Source: Octopus sinensis
Taxonomy: Eukaryota
Assembly (NCBI RefSeq): GCF_006345805.1
Contig: NC_043010.1
Coordinates: forward strand, 14,756,001 to 14,820,000
Reading direction: 5' to 3'
DNA: 64,000 nt
Both the position numbers and the translations under genes were made by a program. The notes beneath the pieces are model-generated. The model was not told the origin of the DNA. It was given only the letters and a program-made list of their open reading frames with translations, and did no database searches. This document shows, piece after piece, positions 39,347 to 53,876 of this stretch. Each line of letters starts with the position of its first letter. Position 1 is the stretch's first letter.

Positions 39347-40429
39347 CTGTATATATATAAAAGGCATGATGTGTATGTATGTGTGTGTGTGTGTGTACGT
39401 GAATGTAAATTATGCGCGTATACAAATTAGCTCGCATGTCGCTCCAATTTTAGGAGGACATTCGTCACGATTCTAGCTGTATTTTCGTCAAATTATTTTC
39501 CCCCGAGGCATCAGCGAATAGCGATAAAAATAAATTTTCGACAATAACTTAACAAATTTCACAGCGGAGACAGAAGATCAAGAAATAAGACAGAGGACCA
39601 AGAAGTAGGATTGGAAATAGAAAGAATCTACAGAGCCTGAAAAGTGAGTGTACTACCTATTGTGATCGGGGCACGTGTGACCATCTCAAAAAGAGCAACA
39701 TTCTGCCATCAAAATCTTCAAATATTAAACTTCTTAGGAAGTATTTAGACGGCAGCAATACTTGAAACAGCTGATGTGTTGAGGAAAATGTTAGCTGCGG
39801 GATGGAACTGTGAGTTGACGTAGACCAGCGCTCCGCAAGCTGTATGCTGCGGCACACTGGTGTGTTACGAGACGATGCTAGGTGTGCCGCAGTTTACTTA
39901 CTTACTTGTACTTGTGGCGACATTCACCCTGGGCGGGTTGAGTCGGCTTCTTCTACTCATGGAAGAAGTTTCGTGGGAATATGTGGATTTCACAAGTGGT
40001 CCCCAACAATCCCGCATGTGGAGACATCCTGTTGGCTACAAGATTGTCCGCAGACGCAGGGACAGAACGACCGAGGAGTCACCGGTTGCTGAGGCAGACA
40101 CTCCGAGGATTTTCACCAGGGTTGTGGGCCTAAAACCACTCGGTGTCAGACCAATCCGCCTTGGGTGGCCCCTACCAGGAACCGAAGTTCTCGACGGCAT
40201 AGCTCTGACACTACCCGTTGCCAGCGTCCCTCCCACGGTGAGGAGGGGATGGACTTTGGGGACGCCGCAGTTTAACCTGGATATAATTTTTTTCCTATAC
40301 TTTTAGTTATATTTTTAGTTCAGGTGTGCTGCGGAATTTTGAAAAGAATAAAATTGTATCGCAGGTGAAAAAGGGTTGAGCAGTACTGACATAGATACAG
40401 GTAAATCAGAAATTAAATAAATAATAATC

Positions 40430-40839
40430 TTTTACTTTTATATTTGTTTCAGTAATTTCACTGTGGCCATGCTGGAGCACCGCCTTTAGTCGAGCAAATC
40501 GACTCCGGGACATATTCTTTGTAAGCCTAGTACTTATTCTATCGGTCTCTTTTGCCGAACTGCTATGTTACGGGGACGTAAACACACCAGCATCGGTTGT
40601 CAAACGATGTTAGGGGGACAAACACTGACACACAAACATATACACACACATGCACAAATAAACATATATATATATACGATGGGCTTCTTTCAGTTTCCGT
40701 CTACCAAATCCACTCACAAGGCTTTGGTCGGCCCGAGGGTATAGCAGAAGACACTTGCCCAAGGTGACACGCAGTGGGACTGAACCCTGAACCATGTGGT
40801 TGGTAAGCAAGCTACTTACCACACAGCCACTCCTACGCC
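40430..40839 (-). mobile_element. Full-length SINE-B
   Basis: Family match; head intact with gcttgcttacc. Confidence 0.9.
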
Positions 40840-41499
40840 TATAATAATGATAATAATAATAATACAGTTGACTTCTCCCTTTTCCGTAAGACTACAAATT
40901 TTGCTGATTTAGTCATTTTTTTTTTCGTTGACACGAGTACATAGCAGCTATTTGTAGTATCAACGGCGTTTACAATTTTCTCTGATACATTAGCAAAATT
41001 GCATGAAACTCGTCGGCTAGTTCTCTGATATCTTTATAAATCTCAGACACAATTGCAGCTGGATTAAAAAACATAAAAGCATTTTATATTGATCGAATCT
41101 ATTCCGTTCAAAGGAATCAGTTCTGGGACGTTCACATGTGCGCATGCGCTCCTAAACACGCTTTCGCACACACATGCGCAAAAAGCTCAGATGTACATGT
41201 ATACACTTACGCATGCGTACAACTGTTTCTGCTTCTGCATTTCACTTCCTCCCCTTTCTCTCTATATGTATGTATACATATATACATATACATACATACA
41301 TACATACATACATACATACATAATACATATTATATATATATATTATATATATATATTACATATATATATATGTAGATATATATATATATAGATATATATA
41401 CATATTATATATATGTATATACACGCACATACACACACACACATATATATATACATATATATGCACAAACACAAACACACATATTTATCGATATATCTA

Positions 41500-41530
<31 letters not shown>

Positions 41531-41545
41531 ATGTGTGTCTGTGCA

Positions 41546-41581
<36 letters not shown>

Positions 41582-41934
41582 TGTATGTATGTATGTATGT
41601 ATATATGTATGCATGTATGTATGTATGTGTGTGTGTATGTATAGATTTAATCTCCAGAGAATCAAACCTACACACCATACACACCATTTTTGCACAACCA
41701 CGTGCTTACATATGGACGAGCGAACCTCCCCGCCAAAAAAAAAAAACATAAATGAATTTTTTTTTCAAATTTTATTAGATCAGTACATAAATAATTTTGC
41801 ATCATCGTTCTTCCGTTTTCGCAAATGAAATTCTTTACTAATATATAGCTACTGAGACTAGCAGTGATTGAGCCGTGTTATTAATTAAAGTTCCCACTAT
41901 ATTAATATTGGAAATTGAAAAAAAAAAAAGATAG

Positions 41935-41965
<31 letters not shown>

Positions 41966-42128
41966 GTATGTATATGTGCATATGTATATATATATATATT
42001 ATATATATATATATACATATATACATACATACATACATACACACATATACATACATACATATACATACATATATACATATATACATACATATATGCATAC
42101 ATATATATATGTATATAGATATGCATAA

Positions 42129-42180
<52 letters not shown>

Positions 42181-42353
42181 CTATATATGTATATAGAAAA
42201 ATTATGAGATAGAGGTTATGCAACCGTCTAAGGGATAAATATATCCGTAGGCACTACTGATGTATTACGTAACTATGCATAGGCCTTGGTGTAAATTTAA
42301 CAGTAGCTGGTAATTTATTTTATCTTATCTATATGTGTATATGTATATATATA

Positions 42354-42394
<41 letters not shown>

Positions 42395-42514
42395 ATGTGC
42401 ATATGTATATATATATATGCACACACACACACACACACAAACACATATACTTTCATATACGCAGGTGAGTCAAAGAATAAGGCAAATAAAAGCTGTTGTC
42501 TTCGTACATAAATA

Positions 42515-42589
42515 TAATACATACATACATACATACATGCATATATACATACATATATACATATATACATACATACATACATGCATACA

Positions 42590-42623
<34 letters not shown>

Positions 42624-42645
42624 CATACATACATATATACATACA

Positions 42646-42679
<34 letters not shown>

Positions 42680-42875
42680 CGTACATACATACATACGTAC
42701 ATACATACATACATACACACATACATACATAGATACATACATGCATACATACATACATACATACATACATATACATACACATATACATACATACATACAT
42801 GCATACATACATACATGCATACATACATACATACATACATACATACATACATACATACATACATACATACACACA
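42515..42875. repeat. (TACA)n microsatellite
   Basis: Direct reading. Confidence 0.95.
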
Positions 42876-43039
42876 TGCGTAAGTAAAGTTTTAAGCAATA
42901 TAAAGCCGGAAAGAAAAAAAAGAATGTATGATGTTATATTTGGCGTAGTTTGGAATGTAGGTTGTCGCTCTCTTATAGAATGATGATTGATGTGAATTTA
43001 ATATTACCATTACAGCACCAGCAGCAGCGTAACCAACAA

Positions 43040-43144
43040 TAGCAACTCCTCCTCCTCCTCCAACTACTACTACTGCTGCTGCTACTACTACCACTACTAC
43101 TACTACTACTACTACTAGTACTACTACTACTATTACTACTACTA

Positions 43145-43199
<55 letters not shown>

Positions 43200-43281
43200 C
43201 ACTACTACTACTACTACCGCTGCTGCTGCTGCTGCCGCTGCTGTTGCTATTACTTCTACCATCACCACCACCACCACCACC

Positions 43282-43324
<43 letters not shown>

Positions 43325-43474
43325 TACTACCGCTGCTGCTGCTGCTGCCGCTGCTGTTGCTATTACTTCTACCACCACCACCACCACCACCACTACTACT
43401 ATACTACTACTACTACTACTACTACCGCTGCTGCTGCTGTTGCTATTACTTCTACCACCACCACCACCACCACC

Positions 43475-43526
<52 letters not shown>

Positions 43527-43555
43527 ATAATAATAATACTAATAATAATAATGAT
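43040..43555. repeat. Compound (ACT)/(ACC)/(GCT) microsatellite with higher-order units
   Basis: accgctgctgctg..ttgctattacttctaccacc recurs 3 times, and again at about 44125. Confidence 0.9.
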
Positions 43556-44046
43556 AATGGTCTCTAAATTTGCCACAATGCTCGACATGAGGAGTAGATA
43601 AGCAGCCGACAACTGATGAAGGGTCGAGAACAAAGCGAGAAACGCGAGACGCCTTACATTTACATACACGTACATAACTACTTACCAGGGACGTGCCGCC
43701 TGGATAAGCAAGGTGGGCAGTGTCTACACCGAATGAAATAGATCGATAGTAACATCTTCCTTATATGGTAAAATGTGCATCTAATTCAATAAAATCATGA
43801 AGGTTACTGTGATTATTATGCAAAAAATTCAAATTATTTTATTGTTTTGTAGATTAGGTAGACATAATTCGCTCCTGTTTTTCAATCTCAATATTAAAGC
43901 TACGCATAGAACTGCTGTAGTACACATGCTGCGTACATTCCTACAACAACGTTTTCTTTACGCGCTATAAAGGCAGAAGTAAATCTGCCCCCAACCCAGT
44001 CGCGCTTATTTTTTGTGTGCTTTACTACATAAACCTCACCACCACC

Positions 44047-44105
<59 letters not shown>

Positions 44106-44174
44106 ACTACTACTACTACTACTACCGCTGCTGCTGCTGTTGCTATTACTTCTACCACCACCACCACCACCACC

Positions 44175-44238
<64 letters not shown>

Positions 44239-44743
44239 ATAATAATAATAATAATGATAATGGTCTCTAAATTTGCCACAATGCTCGACATGAGGAGTAG
44301 ATAAGCAGCCGACAACTGATGAAGGGTCGAGAACAAAGCGAGAAACGCGAGACGCCTTACATTTACATACACGTACATAACTACTTACCAGGGACGTGCC
44401 GCCTGGATAAGCAAGGTGGGCAGTGTCTACACCGAATGAAATAGATCGATAGTAACATCTTCCTTATATGGTAAAATGTGCATCTAATTCAATAAAATCA
44501 TGAAGGTTACTGTGATTATTATGCAAAAAATTCAAATTATTTTATTGTTTTGTAGATTAGGTAGACATAATTCGCTCCTGTTTTTCAATCTCAATATTAA
44601 AGCGACGCATAGAACTGCTGTAGTACACATGCTGCGTACATTCCTACAACAACGTTTTCTTTACGCGCTATAAAGGCAGAAGTAAATCTGCCCCCAACCC
44701 AGTCGCGCTTATTTTTTGTGTGCTTTACTACATAAACCTCACC
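43338..44743. repeat. Tandem duplication, 703-bp period
   Basis: Unique segment 43555-44040 matches 44258-44743; one substitution seen by eye (43901 t / 44604 g). Confidence 0.92.
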
Positions 44744-44783
44744 AACTGCCCTATCCTGAGTAATTACTCATGGCACGTGCCTG
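44389..44783. mobile_element. 395-bp hAT-type MITE (a truncated twin lies at 43686-44040)
   Basis: TIR cagggacgtgcc / ggcacgtgcctg; 8-bp TSD ctacttac at 44381-44388 / 44784-44791. Confidence 0.85.
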
Positions 44784-44849
44784 CTACTTACACATACACA
44801 GACATTCACACATATGTATGTATGAATGTATGTATGTAGGTATGGATGG

Positions 44850-44850
44850 G

Positions 44851-44945
<95 letters not shown>

Positions 44946-44986
44946 GTCTGTGTGTGTGTGTGTGTGTCTGTCTGTATGTCTTTCTA

Positions 44987-45071
<85 letters not shown>

Positions 45072-45135
45072 TTATCTATCTGTCTGTCTGTCTGTCTCTC
45101 TGTCTAACTGTCTATCTATCTATCTATCTATAAAT

Positions 45136-45222
<87 letters not shown>
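44850..45222. repeat. (TATC)n/(TGTC)n microsatellite
   Basis: Direct reading. Confidence 0.95.
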
Positions 45223-47060
45223 CTCATATACCTTACAGTCTGGCCAGGTTACGCATGTCAACCAGAGGCGTAGTAAATTTATTCAGAAAACGATGTCTTG
45301 AAGATAGAACACTTTTGCCGCCCGACTTCAGTTAAGAGGCAATGAGAAGTTAGAAGAAATTTCGTATCCCTTCATTCTGTACCCAGGAGTGACTCTTCCC
45401 CTTCTTTCCTCCCCTTCTTTCACGCTTCTCATACGATCTACAATATTTATACTTACCAATGATATGAAGTACTTTAACACATGCTCATGCTCAACCATCA
45501 CCATTAGATAGTACTGTAAATTCTGCTAACACATCCATGTACAAAACCTAATTGAGATGGCGCAAGAGGCGGCGCATTAGTTTCTCAAATAATTAAAAAA
45601 AATATATTTTAAATTGTAAGTTACTTGCACTAAAGCAACTAATTTCCCAACATACAAAGCAAACCAACCAACCAACCAACCAACCAACCAACGAACAAAC
45701 AAACCAACCAACACAGCAACCTAATTACCAACTCCTCACCTTCAGTCATCGAGTTCTGCTCCACTTGTCTTACTATCTTCTGACCTCCTATCGATCTTCA
45801 CAATAGACTCTCACACATCACTAATCAAAACAAAAGCGTTTTCACAAACTTCAAAAATGCCTGGTGGAACCACTTTGTTCAAGAAATCTAATTACATCGC
45901 AAAATTGAAAATCAACACATCCCAATAACCATCATTTTTCGATTTTATCAGCTGACAGCATCTCACAAGACGGTTTCAGACCATTACTCTCAACTAAACA
46001 CCGCTCACAAATCACAAACAAAAAGTACATGATGACTTGGAAAGCAAAATGGGCGAATTTGCAGAGTCGTTACAGTCGCTGACTCTTTGCTCTGAGGTCA
46101 ACTTCCGACAAGGTCAACTTCGCCTTTCATTCATTCGGCGTCATTAAATAAAAAAGGTATCAATCTAAAGCTGTGGATAGGTGGGTTCGTTAGAATGTCA
46201 TACCATATGCTTTGTGTTATTTCTTCGAGTTCCCTGCCTTCTGAGTTTGAATCTCGCCATGGCCTACATAGGTGGTAGACTTAACCGTCACCTTGTTTAA
46301 CACTTCGGATGTCTTTAGTAGAGTCCAATCTGCCAGCATTCTGATCAAGTTTTGGGATACTTTCTTCGCTCACTCTCATTAATCTGGAATGCCTTGTAAC
46401 GGATCATGGGTACCGCTCTTGACTAAAAGATAGGATTTAGACCCCCCCCCAATAAAAAAAAACCCTTCTAATTACTGTCGGTACCATCAAAGTTTTAAAA
46501 TCTAGTCCCTACTTATAAAGAAACATCTTAAGAAACATCAAAACGTTGACTAGAAAACAATCTTCATCTCACCAGGGCTGTGTTGCATGCAATGAAAATA
46601 ACAACCACATTTTCTCATTCTCTTCATCCTTTTCCTTTAGAATCACTTCTTTCAGAATTTACTTCTTTCATTGAACTGCGGTCCGACTGGTGTGCTACCT
46701 TAAACTGTTTTAGTTGAACAAACGAACTCCAATTATTATTTTAAAAAATATCTTGTACTTATTCTATCGGTCACTTCTGCAGAAATGCTAATGTTATATG
46801 GCCGTAAACAAACCAGCTCCTGCCTCCCAGGGTTTAGACTTGGCAAAGGTATTTTCTTTTTGTATGGAATTCCATTTGTTGTTTATACAGTAAATCTCTT
46901 CTCCATATACCATCAATATTGCCCACGGTAAAAACAGGGGCCAACATAACTTGGCATCTACGTCATCACAAATGAATTTAGAACCTAAAGATTAAGAAAG
47001 AATACCGCAAAACATTTTATCTTATCCTCTACCAGTCTCACCAATCCACTGCTCTGTACA

Positions 47061-47500
47061 AGAAATTTATTTTATCGGCCCCTGAATGGTAAAGCTGACC
47101 TCAGAAAATTTTGAACTCAGATCATTAAGATTCCGTGATAACTACTGCAGGACATTCTGCCAATCCACCACTTTTTTAGAACTCAAATACCCTCCTCCAA
47201 ACTGGAAACAGGAAACTTATTTTATCGACCCTCAATGGTAAAGCTGACTACCGGTATGACATTCTGTCAATCTGGCCACCATTTTAGATCTCATATGCTC
47301 TCCTCCAAATCGGAAACAGGAAATTTATTTTAACGACCCTCAATGGTAAAGCTGACTTACTGCGGGGCATTCTGTCAATCTAGCCACCATTTAAGATCTC
47401 AAATGTCCTCCTCCAAATCGGAAACAGGAAATGTATTTTATCGGCTCCTGAATCTACCAAACATTTTAGATCTCAAATACTTCCCCCCAAATCGGAAACA
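47061..47500. repeat. About 110-bp tandem repeat x4
   Basis: Recurring ggaaacaggaaa..ttattttatcgaccc..aatggtaaagctgac..gacattctgtcaatc..ctcctccaaatc. Confidence 0.8.
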
Positions 47501-47737
47501 ACACAAATAATACTCTTTATTTGTCTCATCACGGTTTGTAAACAGGACATATCTTTAGGCTGCCAACACAACGAAATGAGAAGTAAAGAACCCCTGAAGG
47601 GAGCCAGCCTTGTCACTATACACATAATCGCTGCAAAACACGCAAATATACAACGCACACACAAATCTTAAATGACTCATGGCTCCAATGACACCCTCCT
47701 ACTGATTCTATCTTCCCTTCACCTCAAACAGACATAT

Positions 47738-48155
47738 GTTTCTTTATTACTCACAAGGGGGCTAAACATAGAGGGGACAAACAAGGATAGACAAACGGAT
47801 TAAGTCAATTACATCGACCCCAGTGCGTAATTGGTACTTAATTTTATCGACCCCGAAAGGATGAAAGGCAAAGTCGACCTCGGCGGAATTTGATCTCAGA
47901 ACGTAACAGCAGACGAAATACCTATTTCTTTACTACCCACAAGGGGCTGAACACAGAGGGGACAATCAAGGACAGACAAAACGGATTAAGTCAATTACAT
48001 CGACCCCAGTGCGTAATTGGTACTTAATTTTATCGACCCCGAAAGGATGAAAGGCAAAGTCGACCTCGGCGGAATTTGCACTCAGAACGTAACGGCAGAC
48101 GAAATACAGCTATGCATTTCGCCCGGCGTGCTAACGGTTCTGCCAGCTCGTCGCC
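47738..48155 (-). mobile_element. SINE-A tandem dimer
   Basis: Internal junction at 47922. Confidence 0.9.
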
Positions 48156-48251
48156 TTTCAGACATAACAATCACAAACACGCACACAGTTCCAATAGCTT
48201 CTTTTGCTCCTAAACTGTCTGGTGGTAGCTGGTATGAACACCACCGATGGT

Positions 48252-48483
48252 GGCGGCGAGCTGGCAGAGACGTTAGCACGCCGGGTGAAATGCGTAGCCG
48301 TATTTCGTCTGCCGTTACGTTCTGAGTTCGAATTCCGCCGAGGTCGACTTTGCCTTTCCTCCTTTCGGGGTCGATAAATTAAGTACCAATTTACGCACTG
48401 GGGTCGATGTAATCGACTTAATCCGTTAGTCTGTCCTTGTTTGTCCCCTCTGTGTTTAGCCCCTTGTGGGTAATAAAGAAATA
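48252..48483 (+). mobile_element. SINE-A monomer, inverted relative to 47738-48155
   Basis: Family match; 96-bp spacer between the heads. Confidence 0.9.
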
Positions 48484-48798
48484 GGTATTGATATTATACA
48501 GAGAAGAGTCGTAAGGGTGTTTATAGACGATTAGATTGCCTGTCTTCTCACCATCTCTCTTAGTATTTGGTTGGTACTTTATTTTATCGACCTGTTACCG
48601 CCAGAGAATAACAAATGACAATGCTGACCTCGACAGGGCCTGATCTCAGAAAAATCAAGTGACCCTAACAAAAATATCGCAAAACACTTTGTGCTTGGCA
48701 TTCTGCAGATTCTATCAATAACAAACAGCAACAATAACGACCACAACAACGATAACAATTGCTGTCGCTGTTGTTGTTGTTGTTGCTGTTGCTGCTGT

Positions 48799-48833
<35 letters not shown>

Positions 48834-48890
48834 TCTTATGGTCTAATACTACTACTACGACCACCATCAACACCACCATCACTACTACTA

Positions 48891-48922
<32 letters not shown>

Positions 48923-49121
48923 ACTACTACTACTACTACTACTACTATGTTATGCTCTAATACTACTACTACTACTACCACCACCATCAACACCGCCATC
49001 ACTAATACTACTACTTTTACTACTATCTTATGCTCTAATACTACTACTACTACCACCACCGTCAACACCGTCATCACTAATACTATTTCTACTACTACTA
49101 CTACTACTACTATCTTATGCT

Positions 49122-49159
<38 letters not shown>

Positions 49160-49616
49160 GCACATGAAAAATATGCGAGTGAATGCGAACTCAAATCACA
49201 AATATTACTAAATTACACTTTCGTCCAGAATTATGATTATCACTCCTGGAGAAAAACCCGCATCAAGAAACCAACGAAGGAGCCTCTATGAAGTCACTCT
49301 TCTTGCAAAGAAATAGTAGTTATTCTCCTCCAAACCATGCATCATTTTCTTAAAAAGAATTGACATCCTTGGAATAATATAGTCCCAGATTATTCTTGTC
49401 TTTTTTAATGAGGTTCACCTTAGGTGCGAGTGATCTGATGATAATCACATGTGCGCATGCGTGCGCTCGTGTGTGCATGTGTGCATTTTGTGTTTGTGTG
49501 TTGCGTTTGTGCGTGTCTTGTGTTGGCACTAATACAGATCGATAATATTGATGAGAAGCGATATATTTCAACGTATGTATCACTGTTCTGGACATTTGTG
49601 GTTCTAGTGTGCTATA

Positions 49617-50034
49617 GGATGTTTTCGGTTTCAACGGCAGTTTTTTCTAGCGGTGTCATATGAAATTGTCACCCATAATTATGACCCTAGTATCGATCTA
49701 TTGCATTTCAATCTGTTTTAGGGTTAGGGGTGGGGTGGGAGGAAGGGTATCTTTTTTTCTTCAGAAATGTAAATAAACCCAATCTGTTTCTTAAACGAGG
49801 GATATATTCATACGGCACAGAATGCTTTTTTACCTCAATACACGTCATTGATTGGTTGAAATTGCAGAAATTGAAGAAAAACAACAACAAATGTCTTACA
49901 AACTATAGAATTTTCTCAATAAAGCCAAGAGAAAAAGATGTTTTATAAACACATTCTACCAGTATACGAAGTTTAAAAGTGTTTAGTTACGTGGAAATTA
50001 TTTTTAAAAACTACCGTTCAAACCGAAAAGATCC
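49617..50034 (+). mobile_element. 418-bp MITE with GGATC TIRs and an 8-bp TSD
   Basis: TIR ggat[g/c]ttttcggttt..aacggcag; TSD gtgctata at 49609-49616 / 50035-50042. Confidence 0.92.
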
Positions 50035-50678
50035 GTGCTATATGTACAGAGTTGTCACAGGCGAATTCAGAAAGTAAAAGGTCGGACAAGGAAGTACTAT
50101 AAAGCATTTTGTCCAATTCTTTAATGATTCTGCCAGTCCACTGCTTATTGGGGTCTCCACTACCTCCAAGACAAACAACAAAGAACACGAACAGCCCGCT
50201 TTGCATCGTCACAGGTGGTTTGCGGGTCGTATCCTTAATCCTTATACACGGTTTATGCATTTATCGGTAGACGATTAAGGTAACCCCGGCACTTGACCAG
50301 CAAGTATTTCAAATTTATGGATACCAGAAGAATGAAATGTAAATTTAAACCCCGGCGGATTTTAAATTCAGAAAGCAAAACACCGGAAGAAATGTCGCAA
50401 GACATTTTGTCCGATGCTCTAACGATTCAGCCAATCCACAGTCTATGCTCTCGTGTTTACGGCTTGAATGCTTTTGGACATAAGTCTACCTGGACAGAGT
50501 TGATTTGAGTGCTGTTAAATCATCATCATCACCACCACTACCATTATCACCATCACCTTCATCATCATAATTAACATCATCATCATCATCATTAACGGCA
50601 GCAGCCGTAGTAGAAGTATCGACATTATCCTCTGTATCAGTAGACCAGCAACAGCACCCCCTCCCCCCGGCCGCCGCC

Positions 50679-50798
50679 GCCGCCACCACCGCTGCCGCCA
50701 CCACCGCTGCCGCCACCACCGCTGCCGCCACCACCGCTGCCGCCACCACCGCTGCCGCCACCACCGCTGCCGCCACCACCGCTGCCGCCACCACCGCC
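50679..50798. repeat. (GCCGCCACCACCGCT) 15-mer x about 8 within a trinucleotide-repeat field
   Basis: Direct reading. Confidence 0.9.
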
Positions 50799-50817
50799 GC
50801 CGCCGCCGCCACCACCG

Positions 50818-50860
<43 letters not shown>

Positions 50861-51329
50861 TACTACTACTACTACTAGTAATAGTCGTAGTAGTGGTATT
50901 AGTAGTAACAACAACATCAGCAACATAGCGACATCAGCAACACCACCGTCAGTACAACCACCATCCCTACTACCACCACTACCACCGCAGCTACAACCTC
51001 CCACCACCACCACCACCACCACCGCCGTTACCATCAATAATAAGAGCAGCAACGAGACGACGAGGAAACCTTTTATGTGGTTGTATGATCTTTCAAAATA
51101 GTCTGCAAATCTCCTGGAAACCGCCCTTCTGTCTTGAAAGGACGCCATTAACGAACGTTGCTTCACGTATCACTTAAAAAAATAAATAAATAAAAAGGCA
51201 GAATGGCCATGGCTGGATTGCCATTGATCATAGATCTGCTTGATCAGAAATTGATCAAAGGCCTACATAATAGGAATGAAAAACAATAAAAAAAAACTGC
51301 AAAACTACTGACTCTCCCCTCCCTCCCCT

Positions 51330-51463
51330 CCCCCTCCTCCTCTTCTTCTTCTTCTTCTTCTTCTTCTTCCTCCTCCTCCTCGTCGTCATCGTCGTCGTCA
51401 TCATCATCATCAACATCATCATCGTCGTCGTCATCATCATCATCATTGTCATCATCATCATCG

Positions 51464-51498
<35 letters not shown>

Positions 51499-51559
51499 GT
51501 CATCATCATCATCATCATCATCAACATCATCATCGTCGTCGTCATCATCATCATCATTG

Positions 51560-51604
<45 letters not shown>

Positions 51605-51613
51605 CTGTCATCG

Positions 51614-51646
<33 letters not shown>

Positions 51647-51650
51647 GCAT
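51330..51650. repeat. (CTT)/(CCT)/(CAT)n compound microsatellite
   Basis: Direct reading. Confidence 0.95.
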
Positions 51651-52547
51651 CAGCGTCAGTAAGAGCTCTACCACCAATAACACTGAAGGCCTAAGAACTG
51701 CATTTTTATTCAATAATATCGCCGCCATTACAGCTCGTATCATCACCAGCAGCACTGCCACCAATAACAACAACACCAGTTACTAATAGTAAGTTCTTTA
51801 ACCTTTAACACCACCGCCTCCTTCACCAACACCATCGCCACCACCATTACCAGTGCCACCGCCGCCGCCGCCGCCGTCACCACCACCGCCATCACCTCCA
51901 CCACCATCGCCACCACAGCCATCTCCATAAAGCGATGACGACACAAAGAATACCGATGATCAAAAATAACGCGAAAAGACTACACCGACGACAACAACAA
52001 CAACAACAACAACAACTGCAATACCAACAACAACAGCAACTGCGATAAACAATGCTTCCATCTACAAAAACTCTGGCGCAATACAAATGCCGAGAGTTAC
52101 AAAGAAAAGAGAAGAAGATAAAAATAAAAAAAATGTAAAAAAAAGAATAATAAAAAAAACATTAACAACAACAACAGCAACAAATAATAAATAAATAAAT
52201 AGATAAATAAATAAATAAAACTCTTTCCAATTCCTCGGAAATATATTCTCGTTGAAGTTCGATGCAGCAACAAGAAATTTTTTTCGTATTAGATTTCCTG
52301 CGAGATTCTTTGGCCATTCTACGTCACAGACCTTCCTTAAATGTAGAGATGTCGCTGCATTGCTAATGCTACCAGCCTGGCTGTCTGTCACAACAGCAGC
52401 AGCAACGCAAGAGCAAGAACAAAGGCAGAACAAGGGTGGACATCGTTAAAAGCATAGGAGTGGTTTCTCTCTGTCTTTGTGTGTGTGTGTTTGTGTATAA
52501 TATATGCACACGTAATTGAGTATACGTATGTATGCATTTACACATAA

Positions 52548-52579
<32 letters not shown>

Positions 52580-52671
52580 TATGTACATATATATAATGCG
52601 TATGTATGTATGCATGTGTGTATGTATGTTGTCACTATATAAGTGTAGCTTTATTATATGTATTATATATC

Positions 52672-52702
<31 letters not shown>

Positions 52703-52778
52703 TATAAGCGTAGTGTATTATGCATGTGTGTATGTATATGTTGTCACATATAAGTGTAGCTTTATTATATGTATCGTA

Positions 52779-52835
<57 letters not shown>

Positions 52836-53487
52836 GCGTATGTATGTATGCATGTGTGTATGTATATGTTGTAACTATATAAGTGTAGCTTTATTATATG
52901 TATGTATATATATCTATATTTATATCTATCTTTATATCTGTGTAAACACACATGCACAGGTATATTAAGATTGTCACGCATACACACACACAGGGATCGA
53001 GAAGTGCAGTTTTAGTGCATCGGGCTATTTCATCACAACCGAATGCTTTATCAGAGAAAGAGAAAGTTCACAAAAACGCAGCGCAGAGCGGGAACTAGGA
53101 TTTTATGTTTATGTCATTCAAACAAAGCGAAAGACCGCTGCGCAAATATATCACAGAAATGGAAACCTCTGGGAATATCTACATATTTAATTATTCACCT
53201 CGTCAAACGATGATGGGCGAAATGCATTCCAGCGTTGATCTTCAATCTATATACAATCGTTCACATCAAAGTGATTGGTATATACATCCACAGGGAATAG
53301 ACAAAAGAAACTAAGTGATCGCTTTATATATATATGTATATCTACAAGAAATAATGATAGTCATAGAAAGCTTGTGAAAAAAATACTTCCAGAATACTCC
53401 GTAAGTGTTTTTTTTATGTCTGTGAAACTGTGAAACCAGTACGACTGCAAATCTGAGCCAAACAGTTAATTCACGCCTTAGCGCATC

Positions 53488-53521
<34 letters not shown>

Positions 53522-53722
53522 CGTAAACTTTACGTAAAACTGTCATTTGTGTCATTACTTTATTTTTATATTTCTCCTTGTTTTTTCTATGTCCCTTTTC
53601 TGTGGAAGAGCGTAGGCTCGAAACGTAAAAGACTTTTTTCTATTCCTGAGCATTATAACTAATACATCTGTTTGTTTTGTACATCACCTGTCTTGGTCTT
53701 TTGTTTTTTTCGTAAACTCTCC
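53522..53722 (+). repeat. (TA)n-embedded interspersed repeat, copy 2, with a degenerate hammerhead-like core
   Basis: Matches 17715-17836; contains ctgtggaagagcgtaggctcgaaacgta. Confidence 0.75.
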
Positions 53723-53753
<31 letters not shown>

Positions 53754-53796
53754 TGGTGTGTGTGTGGGTGGTGGTGTGTGTGTGTGTGGTGTGTAA

Positions 53797-53827
<31 letters not shown>

Positions 53828-53841
53828 TGTATGTATGTATG

Positions 53842-53876
<35 letters not shown>

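Noticed and set aside
50018-50260. 80-aa minus-strand ORF
   Set aside because: No recognisable family; it runs into the MITE TIR and its length is within chance expectation.
52062-52433. 123-aa minus-strand ORF as an exon
   Set aside because: Both ends are low-complexity, with no recognisable motif or convincing splice sites.
52590-52900. About 130-bp triplicated block
   Set aside because: Ordinary slippage-type higher-order repeat within TA/TG microsatellite.
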